Shown here: piece by piece, positions 28,320 to 39,618 of the stretch
How positions within the stretch are numbered: the stretch's first letter is position 1
How the letters are laid out: each line of letters begins with the position of its first letter
NCBI GenBank assembly: GCA_022813965.1
Contig: JALDZS010000108.1
Location: forward strand, 1 to 64,000
Direction: 5' to 3'
Length of the DNA stretch: 64,000 nt
Source of the DNA: Toensbergia leucococca
Lineage: Eukaryota
Program-made: the position numbers and the translations under genes
The notes under the pieces: generated by a model
Seen by the model: only the letters and a program-made list of their open reading frames with translations
What the model was told of the DNA's origin: nothing
Databases searched by the model: none

Positions 28320-29013
28320 ATGAGATAGAGGTCCGGAATGAGATGGACAACCCTGAGTCAATACGAGGTGTGCAAAATCATGAAGAGATTTTATCTAAAT
28401 GAATTTTTGGCTAATTTAAATGGTACGCGCGATTGAGGAGGTGAAATAGCGTGTAAAAGAGGGGCAGAGAATTGAGGTGACAAATGTGATGAGAAATCGC
28501 GATGATTCCCTCCCTACGCTAGGTACATCGCGCCCTGGAATAGCTGACACTATCGCCTGGTTGAGTATGGGAAGGGGGGGGGAGGTGTGGAATTATTGTA
28601 TTGGGGGGTTGTCGGAATTTGGTCTAAGATTCATGGATGAAGCGTTTCAGTGATAGATCTTATCGATTTTATTATCAACAAGATCCATGAGATGAATGAA
28701 AGGTCCCATGAATGGCGAAGATCTTATATGAAATGCATGGACGCAGGCGATCCACCAATGGCGTGCAACACATATGAGGAGAGACGCGGGAGATTTCCCT
28801 GTATTCAGCTTTGCATCTTTGATACGGGTTCTCTCAAATCCAAGGAAATGGTGAAACCAAAATTTTGCCATTAAAACACTAATTGTGTAATCTGTCATAG
28901 TTCCGTTCACGGAAAGAATTAAACAGAACAAAGCCGTCGAATCATTTCCAAAAATAATACCTTGCATCTAACCCAGGAAAGAGGATTACCAATCCCTCAA
29001 ATCTCATATCTGC

Positions 29014-31432
29014 TCAACGGACAACCCTACCTCGACAAGACTTAGCCCGTATCATCTGCTCAGGCCTCTCTTTACAAAGGACCCAGGATCCCCGAGGAGC
29101 TCTGACCTTGTTGTTCCCGTCCTGCGGTATATTGAACCTTTCGCTGGCAACAATGTTGAGATGGCTGGAGATCTTATCAAACAGATCGAGGATGCTGTCG
29201 TTAGAAGGCCACAGATGATTTGACCAGACGGAACCAAGGGTCTTCACTCGCTGAATGCGATTATCGCTTGCCTCTTCCAACTCTAAATCCACCAGCTCGT
29301 CCGTACCATCGGTATACTCAAGCTTGTATGCAGGTCCACGACGACACCTTCTGCAGAGCCAAAGATCTCTTGTCTGAAAAGAGTTGCAGAGGCCAACGCA
29401 CGCGAAATGATACCAACCAATTGGACATTTCACGTTGTCGCAGAGGATCATATTTCGATTGTCGCGCTGCCTGCAATTCATTTTGCAAGAGCACCACCTC
29501 TTGTTGGCATTGTCGGCATCGGTAAGTAGCTTCTGGATGCATAATTTTGATTCCACAATGGCAAAGAGCTCGTTTCCCAGTTTTTCGCGTCTCAACAGAT
29601 CCTTGTATTTGGCGCTATCCAAAGGTACAAAGGCACAAAATTGGACGGGAGGTTCGCAGAGAAACTTTCGATCGTTGATTAGACACTGATAAAGATAATG
29701 GCGCCCTTTTCTGTCGAAAGCAAATCTGGTAGTCACGTCTGAAAGCAGTCTCTTCCGTTCGTCTTTGAGAACACGGGCAAAACCAGGGTGATCCCAATCA
29801 TTCGAGGCAAAAATCACCCAGGGCTGTAAGACATTGCCCATCTCGTCAACCCTGATGACCAAGAGATCAGCGTCATCAGGACCCCTATCTATCAGCCAGA
29901 TGTAGTCGCAAAGCTCGGGAATGATGTACTGCTCATACGTCGATGTATTTGGGGCCAGATTTTTCCTCGGAAGATTTGTTATCGTGGCTTGGTTTGTCTC
30001 AAATAGCCACGGAAAATTCACTCTTTTTATTCTCATTCGGTGTTCCCATAAGGTTTCATCGGCGAAGGGTACCGGCTTATCCTGGTTCATTGCCTGTAGA
30101 CGGGCAATGCAAGACCCAATGAGTGGCTTGTAGGTATGTTCGGCCCATATCGCAATGATGTCAATAATGTAAAGAAGTTGAAGAGCCTCATCAATGCTCT
30201 TGGAATCCCCGGACCAGAGTGGTCTCCCAATTTAAAGGTATGAATCTCTGTAACTCATGCCCAGGATAGAGACTTACATAAATTGACCCTCCAAGTCCTT
30301 GTTCGGTATAACAAGCACAAATCTCCCAAGTAGACCCGACACTACTGAAATACCACACCAAGGGACGGCTTTTAGCCCAGGACTTTTTGAAAAACTTCTG
30401 TTGCCATCGTAGTATTGTCGCCAGCTTACGGGCACTTTGGGTGAACGCTGTCTGGTGGTTGTGTGCTGCAGATGCTTTTTTAGCTTCCCATATTCCAAAA
30501 GCAAACATCAGAGCGTTTCTGGTCATGTTTCGGGCACTTTGTCTGTGTGGGGGCTCAAGCTCGGACACGAGAATTTCCTGGATTTTTTGTCGATCAAAAA
30601 GATTAACTCTATCATTCTCGAGCAGATCATCTCTCTCCTTCCAGGGTGGCCTGTCCAGGTTGTATGTGTGTAGGCCAATAGTGAGATCAGGTATCTCAAC
30701 ACTTCGCTTGGTCTTGGTGGTTTCAACATCGTCGTCATGATACGCAATCTGAGACGAGATGGCGAAGTTTGGAAGATTGTAATGCAAGTCAACATCACTG
30801 ATAAATGCCACGCAGTAAGTATACACCAAGAGCGTCAGCTGCCAGTATCTTTATACACACCATATTTCAACACCATTCCTGACTTCACTCGATCCATTTC
30901 GCAACCTGGCACTTGATCTGTTGATGAGTGGTCTAGTGCCTGGTCCAAAGTCACGTCGACAAATAAAACTAGTTGCACAAGGCAATTAGTCATTAGCGAA
31001 ACAGATGTCCTAATAGAGATGGACTTACCAATGATGAAATGAACTTCTTTCTTCTGCTTCCCTGTTGAATCGATAGAACACGATGGGTTCGAGGACCGAA
31101 ATCCATTTCGATTCATTATCGTCCACTCTGTTAGGCTCACAGCATGTGATTTCCAGCTCAGTGGCCTGCCTTTTTAGCCATTTTTCGTATTCATGTCTAG
31201 CTGTGGTCTGAAAGTCGTTTTGGTGTTTATAAGTTGTACGATGACCACCGAACTTGTTGTATCGGAGGCTCTTAGTGTCGTGTACTAATTGAAAGATATC
31301 TTGTAGCTCTCGAGGACAATTTTCCGCGTCAAAACTTGGCTCGTAGAAGACCCCAAAGTCCTCTAAAGTCGGCGGATTTCTCTTGATGTTGTTGGTGGTT
31401 TCCCCCTTCCATAAAGCCAGCGCTGAACTCAT
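29014..31432 (-). CDS. PD-(D/E)XK-like nuclease domain fused to a C-terminal PHD finger; possibly a pseudogene (one defective splice acceptor)
   Basis: PDLTIGL...FGIWEAKK...QSARKL...PLVWYFSSVGSTW...LWSGD..EALQLLYIIDIIAIWA, the last part reading in frame into ORF 29014-30090, which has WCSC..MILCDNVKCPIGWYHFACVGL..WLCRRC. Confidence 0.65.
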
Positions 31433-32703
31433 CTGTACAAAAAGTCATACAAGTGCAAATTCCCACAAATCAATATAGGAAGTACAAGGAGCGTTTTCAG
31501 GTTGGCCCGAAATCTCGACACAATATGCGAGCCGTAAGTGTGGAGAAGAACTTGAGAGATTGACCAAGGACTCTTTACCAAAATCATCGGACTCGGCACT
31601 AGTAAGGACAAGCTTAAATAAGACACCAGTTCACGTTTCGATGAATCTTCTTGATGGTGATACCAACAGGTGTCTGCGACTTCTTAGGTCGAAAAGACGC
31701 AGCAAAGCTGTATTAAGAGCCCTCGCCACAAAGGAAGAGAGGACGCCTAGCAAGAGCAAGAGATGACAGATTAAATGTTGAAGGGCGATACGGCAGGAAG
31801 CAATAGATCACAGGAACATGGCGATCCGAACAATTTGGAACATTGATCAACCACCAAGCTCATTCCTCTGACTTACAAGTAGCTGTCACCTCGACCCAGC
31901 TATGCAGTTTATTAAATGAAGCAGCATCAGCTGTGATCAAAGACTCGGCCTTCACCAATGCTTTCAAGGTAATTGAGTAGTCGAAAACATCATGAAACCG
32001 AATCTGGCGCTTATATGTGAGAAATGGAGAAGGCGCAACGCCACCCTGCAATCTCTACGTTTCATCATTGTAGAGTTGGACTTTTTCAGCTCAAGGCAAA
32101 CTCCTTGACTCCAATTCCTTATCGTGTGAACCTTTTGCTAAGCTGTAACATCCACCTAAAGTTGGAGTGCAGCGACGGGAAAGGTGGCACTACAGCTTCA
32201 GCGGTATGAGTCATTGAGACAGCACTGCAATCTGATAGATGCTTGAGTGAGAAGTTTTTACACAGCAGAGAGATATGAGAGCTTTGGAAAGAGTGTATGA
32301 TGTTGTGTAGACATGATAAAAGTTGTCCTTGGACTGAATAAGTAAAGGTTAATTTCTGTATGAAGATGGAGGCTCGGAGGTTACAAGTGACCTTAGTGGC
32401 AAACTGACCGATGCGGCACTAAGCCCCTTTCAGCTAGCGATTCCTTTTTTAGAGATCGTGAGCTAAAGACTCGCTAGCTGCAAAGAGCTCAGTGTCTCCA
32501 GGAGCGATTGCAAGCCTCAAGAACCAGTGCACCATCAAGAGCGTTGCGTTTCTGTGAAAAAAGGTGCGCTCAACAGTACGTTTATCCTAAGAGTAGCAAA
32601 TATATACAGTCAAACAGTAATCAGCTTCTCGTTCTTCATAAGCCTTTAGAGATTCTCAATCTAAGAGAAAAAGAATAAACCCCCACCCGACAGCCTCCCA
32701 CTA

Positions 32704-35095
32704 CTACTGGTCATCATACTTCATGACGCCCTCCTCCAAGGCCTTGATCTGTAGCGCTAGCATACGTGAAAAGTATCGGCAGAGAGCGAGGTTGCCTCCG
32801 AAGAACCAGAAACCTGGATGGCCCGTTCGGCGCCACATGGTTCTGAGCTCGCCCTCGTCGTCGAAACCCCAGACGTCCTGAAGAATCAAAAATTAGCATT
32901 TGTAGATGATTTGAGCGAGTGGTCAGTCCCGCTTCTCAGAATTGGGCTGATAATAACCACCTACCTTGACTCTATCGCCAAGCTCGTTACCAAAGATTTT
33001 GCTCGCGGTCCCACGCATGTTCTGGTACCCAGTCGCGAAGACGACTTCGTCGGCAGGGAGTTCAGTGCCGTCGGCGAAAAGGAGGGAACGGGGCTTGACC
33101 TCGCTGATTTCTTGGCCTTGTTTGATTTTGATCTTGCCGTCGATGATAAGTTGGGAGGCGCCGACATCAATGTAGTAGCCTCCGCCGCGTTGGAAGTATT
33201 TCATGAAGAAGCCTATTTGGGTTCTTTCAGTAAAGATATTTGCTACGTAGTCAATGATGGGGGAAGGAGATATACCGGCATCGTCTGGTCCATGGTCTAG
33301 CTTGAAGCCGGCTTTCTCTAGCCCGGTCAACAAGTCTTTGTCTCGTCGGGCTATTTCCTCTGTGGCGTCGACGTGCATGCGTTTGAGCATGGCGTTGGGG
33401 ATACTCATGAATATTATATCGGCATCGTCAGTTGGAGGCCTCCTTCTTCATAAAGACCTGCAACCATTTCTAGCTTAGTATGATCCCTTCGAACGAAATC
33501 AAGAAGTGTGCCTACCTCCCAATAATACATCAAGACCTTCTTTGGAGGACATGACATAGGTCGAGGAGCGTTGCACCATGGTAACATCATAGCCGTGCTC
33601 GTAGAAATCCTGAGCTATGTCATGACCACTGTTGCAGCAACCGACGACAATGGCATGTTTGCCTTTTCCATCGGGCTGGGCACCTTTGAACTGGGAAGAA
33701 TGACCGAGGTGTCCCTCGAAAGAATCCATGCCTTTAAATTTGGGAAAGTTCATTTCACCGCTATGGCCTGTGGCTTGGATGATGTGGTGGGGATGGAGTG
33801 TTCGATTTTCTGTTGTCCCATCCGCACGGCCTCGTTGAAGGGTTACAGTCCATTGTCTTTTTGACTCATCCCAGTCTGCAGAGGTAAGGGAAGTGCTGGT
33901 CCAAACGTTGAGTTCTAGAAGACGGGCGTAGGATTCAAACCATTCTGCCAACTTATCTTTTGGTGTGAAGACCGGCCAATGTCTAATTTGATGGTCAGTA
34001 TGACAGCTGAATCTGCAAAAGAACATAAATGTACTTACTCGGGGAAGGGTACCTAAAGGTTGGAGCAGTACAATCAGCTGTGGCTGAATAAACCAATCAT
34101 AACTACAATACTTACATAAGGCAAATGATCATACCAAATCGGGTCGTGGAGAACTAGCTGGTGATATCTGTCGAAAGATCAGCAACATGGGAAAAGCTTG
34201 AATGAGGAAGTACCCACCTGTTACGCCAATTGTCACCAATACGAGGATTGCGATCAATGATCAAGGTTGAGACCTGAAGCTGATGGAGACGGGCAGCTGA
34301 AGTGAGGCCTCCTTGTCCAGCACCTGAGGTCGAATGCTCATCTTAGCTTCATGGAACCCACCAGATGTCGAGCTAGCTTTCCCTTACCTAGGATTAGAAC
34401 TGTAGGCTCAATGTCTCCTTCAAAGTTCTCAGTTGCTTTCCTCCTCTCTTGCCAGTTCTTCCGTCCCGGTTGTCCGCCATGAATCACACCATTTGGTCTT
34501 CGACCCCTGACCGTCTCTTCATGGCCTTTGAGTTCGTGCATAGTCGTGAAGAGCGTAAAAGCCTTCCACTTCCCATCCTCTTGATCTTGTAATAATCTGA
34601 CCAAACCCCTCCCTCTACCAACATCCGTCTCAATGGTCAAAAACGACACCACGCCTTGCACCTTGCCATTGAAATCGACGCCTGAGACGCTGGGCTGACG
34701 GACTGAACTGCTACTATCGACTTCAAGCGACTTGATACGGCAACCTTTAGGTGCAGACTTGAGGAAAGAAGAAATGTTTTCGGGGCCGTGTAGCGTATGA
34801 TAATCCCATGACTAAAGACAAGGATGAGCGCGGGCTATTATACCCAGGGTAGGAAATGTTGTTATACTAGGCCTAGTTGATCACGCCAATAAGAGTCCCT
34901 CAAGAAGAGTTGTGCCACGGCAGTGTAGTCAGTGCCAGTGAAAGCCTTGTTCAATTCGGACACCCATTCGGAAGCAATGGCATTAATATCAACGGGAGAT
35001 GATGGGCTGGCTTTAGGATATATTGCTGGGCTCAATTGGCTGGAACCTGGCTCAACACGAGCATAGGATGGGACGTCTACTGCGGCAGTAGCCAT
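32704..35095 (-). CDS. Flavin-containing monooxygenase (YUCCA/FMO-like, fungal)
   Basis: VLILGAGQGGL (FAD), IGDNWRNRYHQLVLHDP, ATGHSGE, HSSQF, VVGCCNSGHD (NADPH), FATGY; multiple introns. Confidence 0.92.
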
Positions 35096-36393
35096 TGTTG
35101 AGATGGAACGAGTAAGGAGATGGGTTTGAGGGCAAGAAGCAACGTATCGAAGATGATGAGAATGGTGAATATTGAAAGCTAGGCCATGACAAGATGTATA
35201 TAGGCTGAGGGTACTGCCTCCACCTCCACGGACAGACGGCTACGTCCTCCTCGGGGAATACGGAATACGTACATAGTATTGACCACCGCCCACCCCGCAA
35301 TTCCAAGAAAGCAATTCGGATCGGAGACGTGGATAGGTAGTCTAAAGCAGTTAAATCTTATCGGCCAATCCTAGTGCCCTCACCCCGCATTCAAGATCTG
35401 GATCTTCCCAAACAGAAAGGGAAAGTATTTGAGTTTCGCATGGCGAAATCATGTCGAGATCTTGTCGCTTGACAATTGTCGTTCCAGACCAATTTAGCAG
35501 ATTATATCAAAGCCCTGGTGGTCCGAGCGCTGAACAAAAGCCCTAGCCCTAGCCCTAACCCCGTATAATGCAACTATCGGAAGTTGGTTTCTAGGGTTTA
35601 GAAGACTTATCTATACCTGCGATAGTTCGAACAGAATATTCTCCCTCTCGACGTAATTCGATTGAAATATTTTCATTCACATCACCAATGCACAGTACTC
35701 TAAGCCTTTTGCTGCTCCATGTCTTCGAGGATAGAAGATGACAAGTTTTCTTGAACAAGCACCGATAACATTCTCCAGAAGCTCACAAGTATTTAGTCCC
35801 TTTGCTTGCCATCACACTTGACATGACCAGGAACCAAGGGGAGCATAAATATAGTCATGTGTACTTGCCTCATCAAATTGCGTAGATATGAGATCCCTCC
35901 TCTACTCACAATCCCCTCTCCTGATGCCACTCCTATAGGGGCGTAGGGGGGTAAGAATAGATAATCAGATTGTGAGCGGGGAATAAAGATAGATCTGACT
36001 TTCTGAAACAACACCTTTGCTCAGAAAAACAGACATTGTAATGAAAGAAAGCTACGACTATGAAACACAACACCTTGATTCAAAAAAGAAAGACAGTACA
36101 ACGAAACAAATCTGCGACTGAATCACAGCACCTTTGATCAAAAGAAAGACATTGTAATGACATAAAGCAGTGACTACGAAACAACCAAAACACAATCAAA
36201 ACCTTAATTCACAAAAAGCAAATCCAATGCAAGAAACCAGTGACCGAACAACAAAGTCAAATCTGAAAAAAGGATATCAATATAGTACTCTAGAAGCGAA
36301 GCTATTATTCACAAACAAGCAAAATCGCACCAAAGAGTAACAGTATAGTAAAACAAACCAAACCCAACCCCCAACTCCCCAACCCCCAACTTC

Positions 36394-36594
36394 TCAACCC
36401 TCCCTCATCCGCTCCCAACCCTCCCTCCTCAGCTCCCCCTCCCAAGCCTTGTGCGCAGTTCTACACGCGGGACAATACATGCCCATGTCAAAGGAGTATT
36501 GGTCTGTGTAGCAGCAGGGAAAGTCCTCGCACTTGACGTCGGATGTGGTGGTGTGGTTGCATTTGGTGTAGATCCAGCGGTTACGGACGCACAT
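36394..36594 (-). CDS. 66-aa Cys/His protein, MC-x6-Y-CxH...CxxC family
   Basis: MCVRNRWIYTKCNH..C..C..CPAC; start context ACAATGTGC. Confidence 0.65.
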   Translation of the reverse strand: MCVRNRWIYTKCNHTTTSDVKCEDFPCCYTDQYSFDMGMYCPACRTAHKAWEGELRREGWERMREG

Positions 36595-36947
36595 TGTCGT
36601 GGCGTTTGACAAGAAGCTGATGATGAGTAGATTAGAGCTTGGGAGTTGTGGGTGGTTGGAAGAATGAAGGAGGGAGGAGCAATGGTGGTGGTTTTTAAGG
36701 AAGAATAATTAGGATGGGTTTTGATGGATAGAAGGTAGAATAGGTACCTGAGACATTACCCGTGACTCGTATGAAAATGCATCAGACAAGTATTGATACA
36801 TGAGAGTGGATGTGAACAATAAGATCACAATAGACGTCGATCCTTGTACTACACAGAGATCTCTTCCGTTCTTTGTTCAACACAACAAAGCATCCGAACA
36901 GGGAACACACTGTCCCTGAAATACTCCTCCCGAGCTTCACAACCAGG

Positions 36948-36954
36948 TATAAAA
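36948..36954 (+). promoter_or_regulatory. TATA box of the 37130 microprotein gene
   Basis: TATAAAA followed by a C/A-rich leader, about 180 nt before the ATG. Confidence 0.45.
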
Positions 36955-37129
36955 GGACCTACCTGCTGCATTCTTTAGCTACATTCATCCTTCAACACAC
37001 ACCTCACTACTTACCCAGTCCAATCTTCCAGAACTCAACAACCAAGACCCCAATCAGCAAAACCAGCAGGTCATCCCGACTTACCTAATACCAACAAATC
37101 CACGAGAAACCTCCCACCGCAATCTCAAA

Positions 37130-37285
37130 ATGTGCTGGTCCGAAATCATGGTCTACAGCTGCGGGCATGTACAGTCCCTCGGCGATACCAACTGCAGCTC
37201 TTCAGACTGCTATGGCCGTAGCACTGTCGAGACGCAAAGTAGCTCCCAATGCTCCTACTGCTCCTCCTACAATGGGAATTACTGA
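37130..37285 (+). CDS. 51-aa Cys/His microprotein of the same family (absent from the ORF track)
   Basis: MCWSEIMVYSCGHVQSLGDTNCSSSDCYGRSTVETQSSSQCSYCSSYNGNY*; start context CAAAATG; upstream TATAAAA. Confidence 0.65.
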   Translation: MCWSEIMVYSCGHVQSLGDTNCSSSDCYGRSTVETQSSSQCSYCSSYNGNY

Positions 37286-37896
37286 GATCGAAAGAGGACA
37301 ATGAAAGGTAAGTGAAAATTATCGAAGGTGAGTTTTTTCTTTCTATAGGGACTGTGATTAGGGGAAGGGTGAATTCCCTTAGGGATATCTGCTTTCAAAG
37401 GAGTTCTAGCGTAAAAAGGTATGGTAGACATCAATAATACGGATCTCTCAAAACAATGTGCCTCTTCTGCAACTCAAATGACTTCCCTACTCATAACGGC
37501 AATAAAAGCATGTGATATGGATGTGTCATCACATTATTGTGAGTACGTAGTGTTTAAAAATTGATGGGATGGTCAGTGGTGAGTAAGAGACGGATTGAAA
37601 GGGAGTAGACCGGTAACAGTATGTGAAATAGTTCTGGCTAACAAGAAAGAGTGAGCAACATGACTTAATGCCACCTCTAAGATGAACAATCATTCTTCCT
37701 AAGTCAAAGCAATCATATTCGTTTTTGATATTCAAGAGGTAATTAAGATTTGCATGCTTAAAACCAGACCGAGAACTAGCTCAAACAGTACGAGTAGGCC
37801 TCGAATTTTAAGCCTGAGTTCTCGTGAGAGAGAAGAGAGAAGAAACAAAAAGTTCGCTCACCAGTTGACTCATCCTTCCAACCAGTATCAATAGAT

Positions 37897-38328
37897 TCAA
37901 GCAGAATGATAACCTGGTTGGTCCCTAAGACCCATCTCATAGTCTAACTCAACATCATGGCTTAGCTCATTCTCTGAAGCCTGTTCCTTGCTACTGCTGT
38001 TATCTTCTTCCTCACCCTTATGGGTCTTGGGGCAGGCAGCCCCAGGGGTTGAAGCCTCCGACGTAGTGACATTTGGGAGAGGGACCGTTGTGTTATCCCC
38101 TTTAGCAGCCTTGTTGCTGGGGGTGGCCAGTAGGTCCGAAACCGATCCTACCCCCGAAGTGGAATCGCGATTTTCAGTCCCGTAGCGCCTACAACGAAGG
38201 CATTGTTTGTTTGAGATGTAGTATGTCTGTGGCCATACATTTGCACAAACGGTATCTCGCTCACAAGAAATCAACGCGTCTGTAAAGATACAATCACAGC
38301 CATAGAGCTGGATGAGGTGAATACACAT
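37897..38328 (-). CDS. 143-aa protein with the same N-terminal Cys motif and a disordered acidic tail
   Basis: MCIHLIQLYGCDC..C..C..CLRC; start context CAAATG; TATAT about 40 nt upstream. Confidence 0.6.
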   Translation of the reverse strand: MCIHLIQLYGCDCIFTDALISCERDTVCANVWPQTYYISNKQCLRCRRYGTENRDSTSGVGSVSDLLATPSNKAAKGDNTTVPLPNVTTSEASTPGAACPKTHKGEEEDNSSSKEQASENELSHDVELDYEMGLRDQPGYHSA

Positions 38329-39618
38329 TTGAGCCGCTTGGCCCTAAGGTGAGAGGGGAGAGCATATATTGGTGTCGCCGAGAGTCTGAAATCAACCTTT
38401 TCCGGTTGAGGATTGAAGATTCCGAGTTGTGGAATGAGTTCTGATTTTAGAAGAAGAGAGAAGAGAAGAGAGAAGAGAAGAGAACTTGTAAAGTTACTAG
38501 AACCTTGGGGCCGGGGTATGGATAAAGAGTCAAACAATAACTGTACTTGGGATTGTCTGAAGCTGTGAGAGAAACTATACTAATCTATTAGTGTTATTGA
38601 TAGTAGAGCACACCACCTTTTGCAATCATCTTCATCTATGCTCTTTTTACTCGACTTTCGACTTTTGCTCGAAGACAGGTCATTGAAATTCTTAAGCCTT
38701 CACTTTAAGTCCACTCAAACAACTCATGGCCAGCTTATATTGGCTTTCAAGAAGATTAAGCGCGCATGGGGTATGGTGCTTGAAGGGTCGAGCCTGGACA
38801 TTAGAAATTGAAGGCTTTGATGATAAGTATTTCTTAGAAATGTGCGTCTTCGGCAAAAACAGGGCTAAACTGCTCATGCTGTGATTGAATGCATGTATCA
38901 TAAATATGTCCTTTCAGTTGTATGATTAATGTTCTGATAGATGTGGCAAAACTCACAGTGCATAAAAGATTTATTCTTCCTCACGCTCCAACCACCTATC
39001 GGCATGACTAACAGAGACTCTGAAGAAAGAACAAGTCGCAGAACTTAGCAATGAAAAGGGTGTATCGTTCCCAGTATGAAGATGAATTCCATTCTCCAAT
39101 TTCCAGCGCCGAATGCTAGACTTGATCGTAATGCTTCGTGGGAGCGATGGCCGAACTTATCAATAAATTCTAGCCCGAACGTTAAACCTCCCAGAGGGCT
39201 CAATCTAGATGTTCCTTTTGAGCGACATGCTAGGAGAGTACCTATTTGTTGCGGCTACTACTGAGGGTCAAGCAGGCTTTGGAGTTAGTTCTTGGCCCGG
39301 CGGAATGCACTCTAGAATCTTCCTTATATCATCAGTAAATACTGTTGCATTTGCCATACCGTTAGGACTTTTCCTTGTGAATCAGCTTGTCTCCATCTAT
39401 CACTTTCGACTCTGAACTCTTCTTTTGATTGAGGTTCATGAATTCTTGGAGCGAGGGATATTTGATGAATATTTGCGACAGTAAAAAGGGGTTGTACCGA
39501 TTGATCGTTACTGTCCACAGCAAAACCCTTCGTGTTTCGAGATAGATTTGATCTATGTCCTTCTCACTCACCTCTTTGACTATCTTTCTAGGCTTTGTTA
39601 TCATACTTTTTGAGTTTC

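Noticed and set aside
28650..28967. Short overlapping ORFs downstream of the PHD gene
   Set aside because: No motifs or splice support.
31860..32250. Possible degraded gene fragment on the minus strand
   Set aside because: Cannot be assigned to any family by eye.
35541..35561. Telomere-like CCCTAG CCCTAG CCCTAA CCC
   Set aside because: Only about three degenerate units; too short to call an interstitial telomere.
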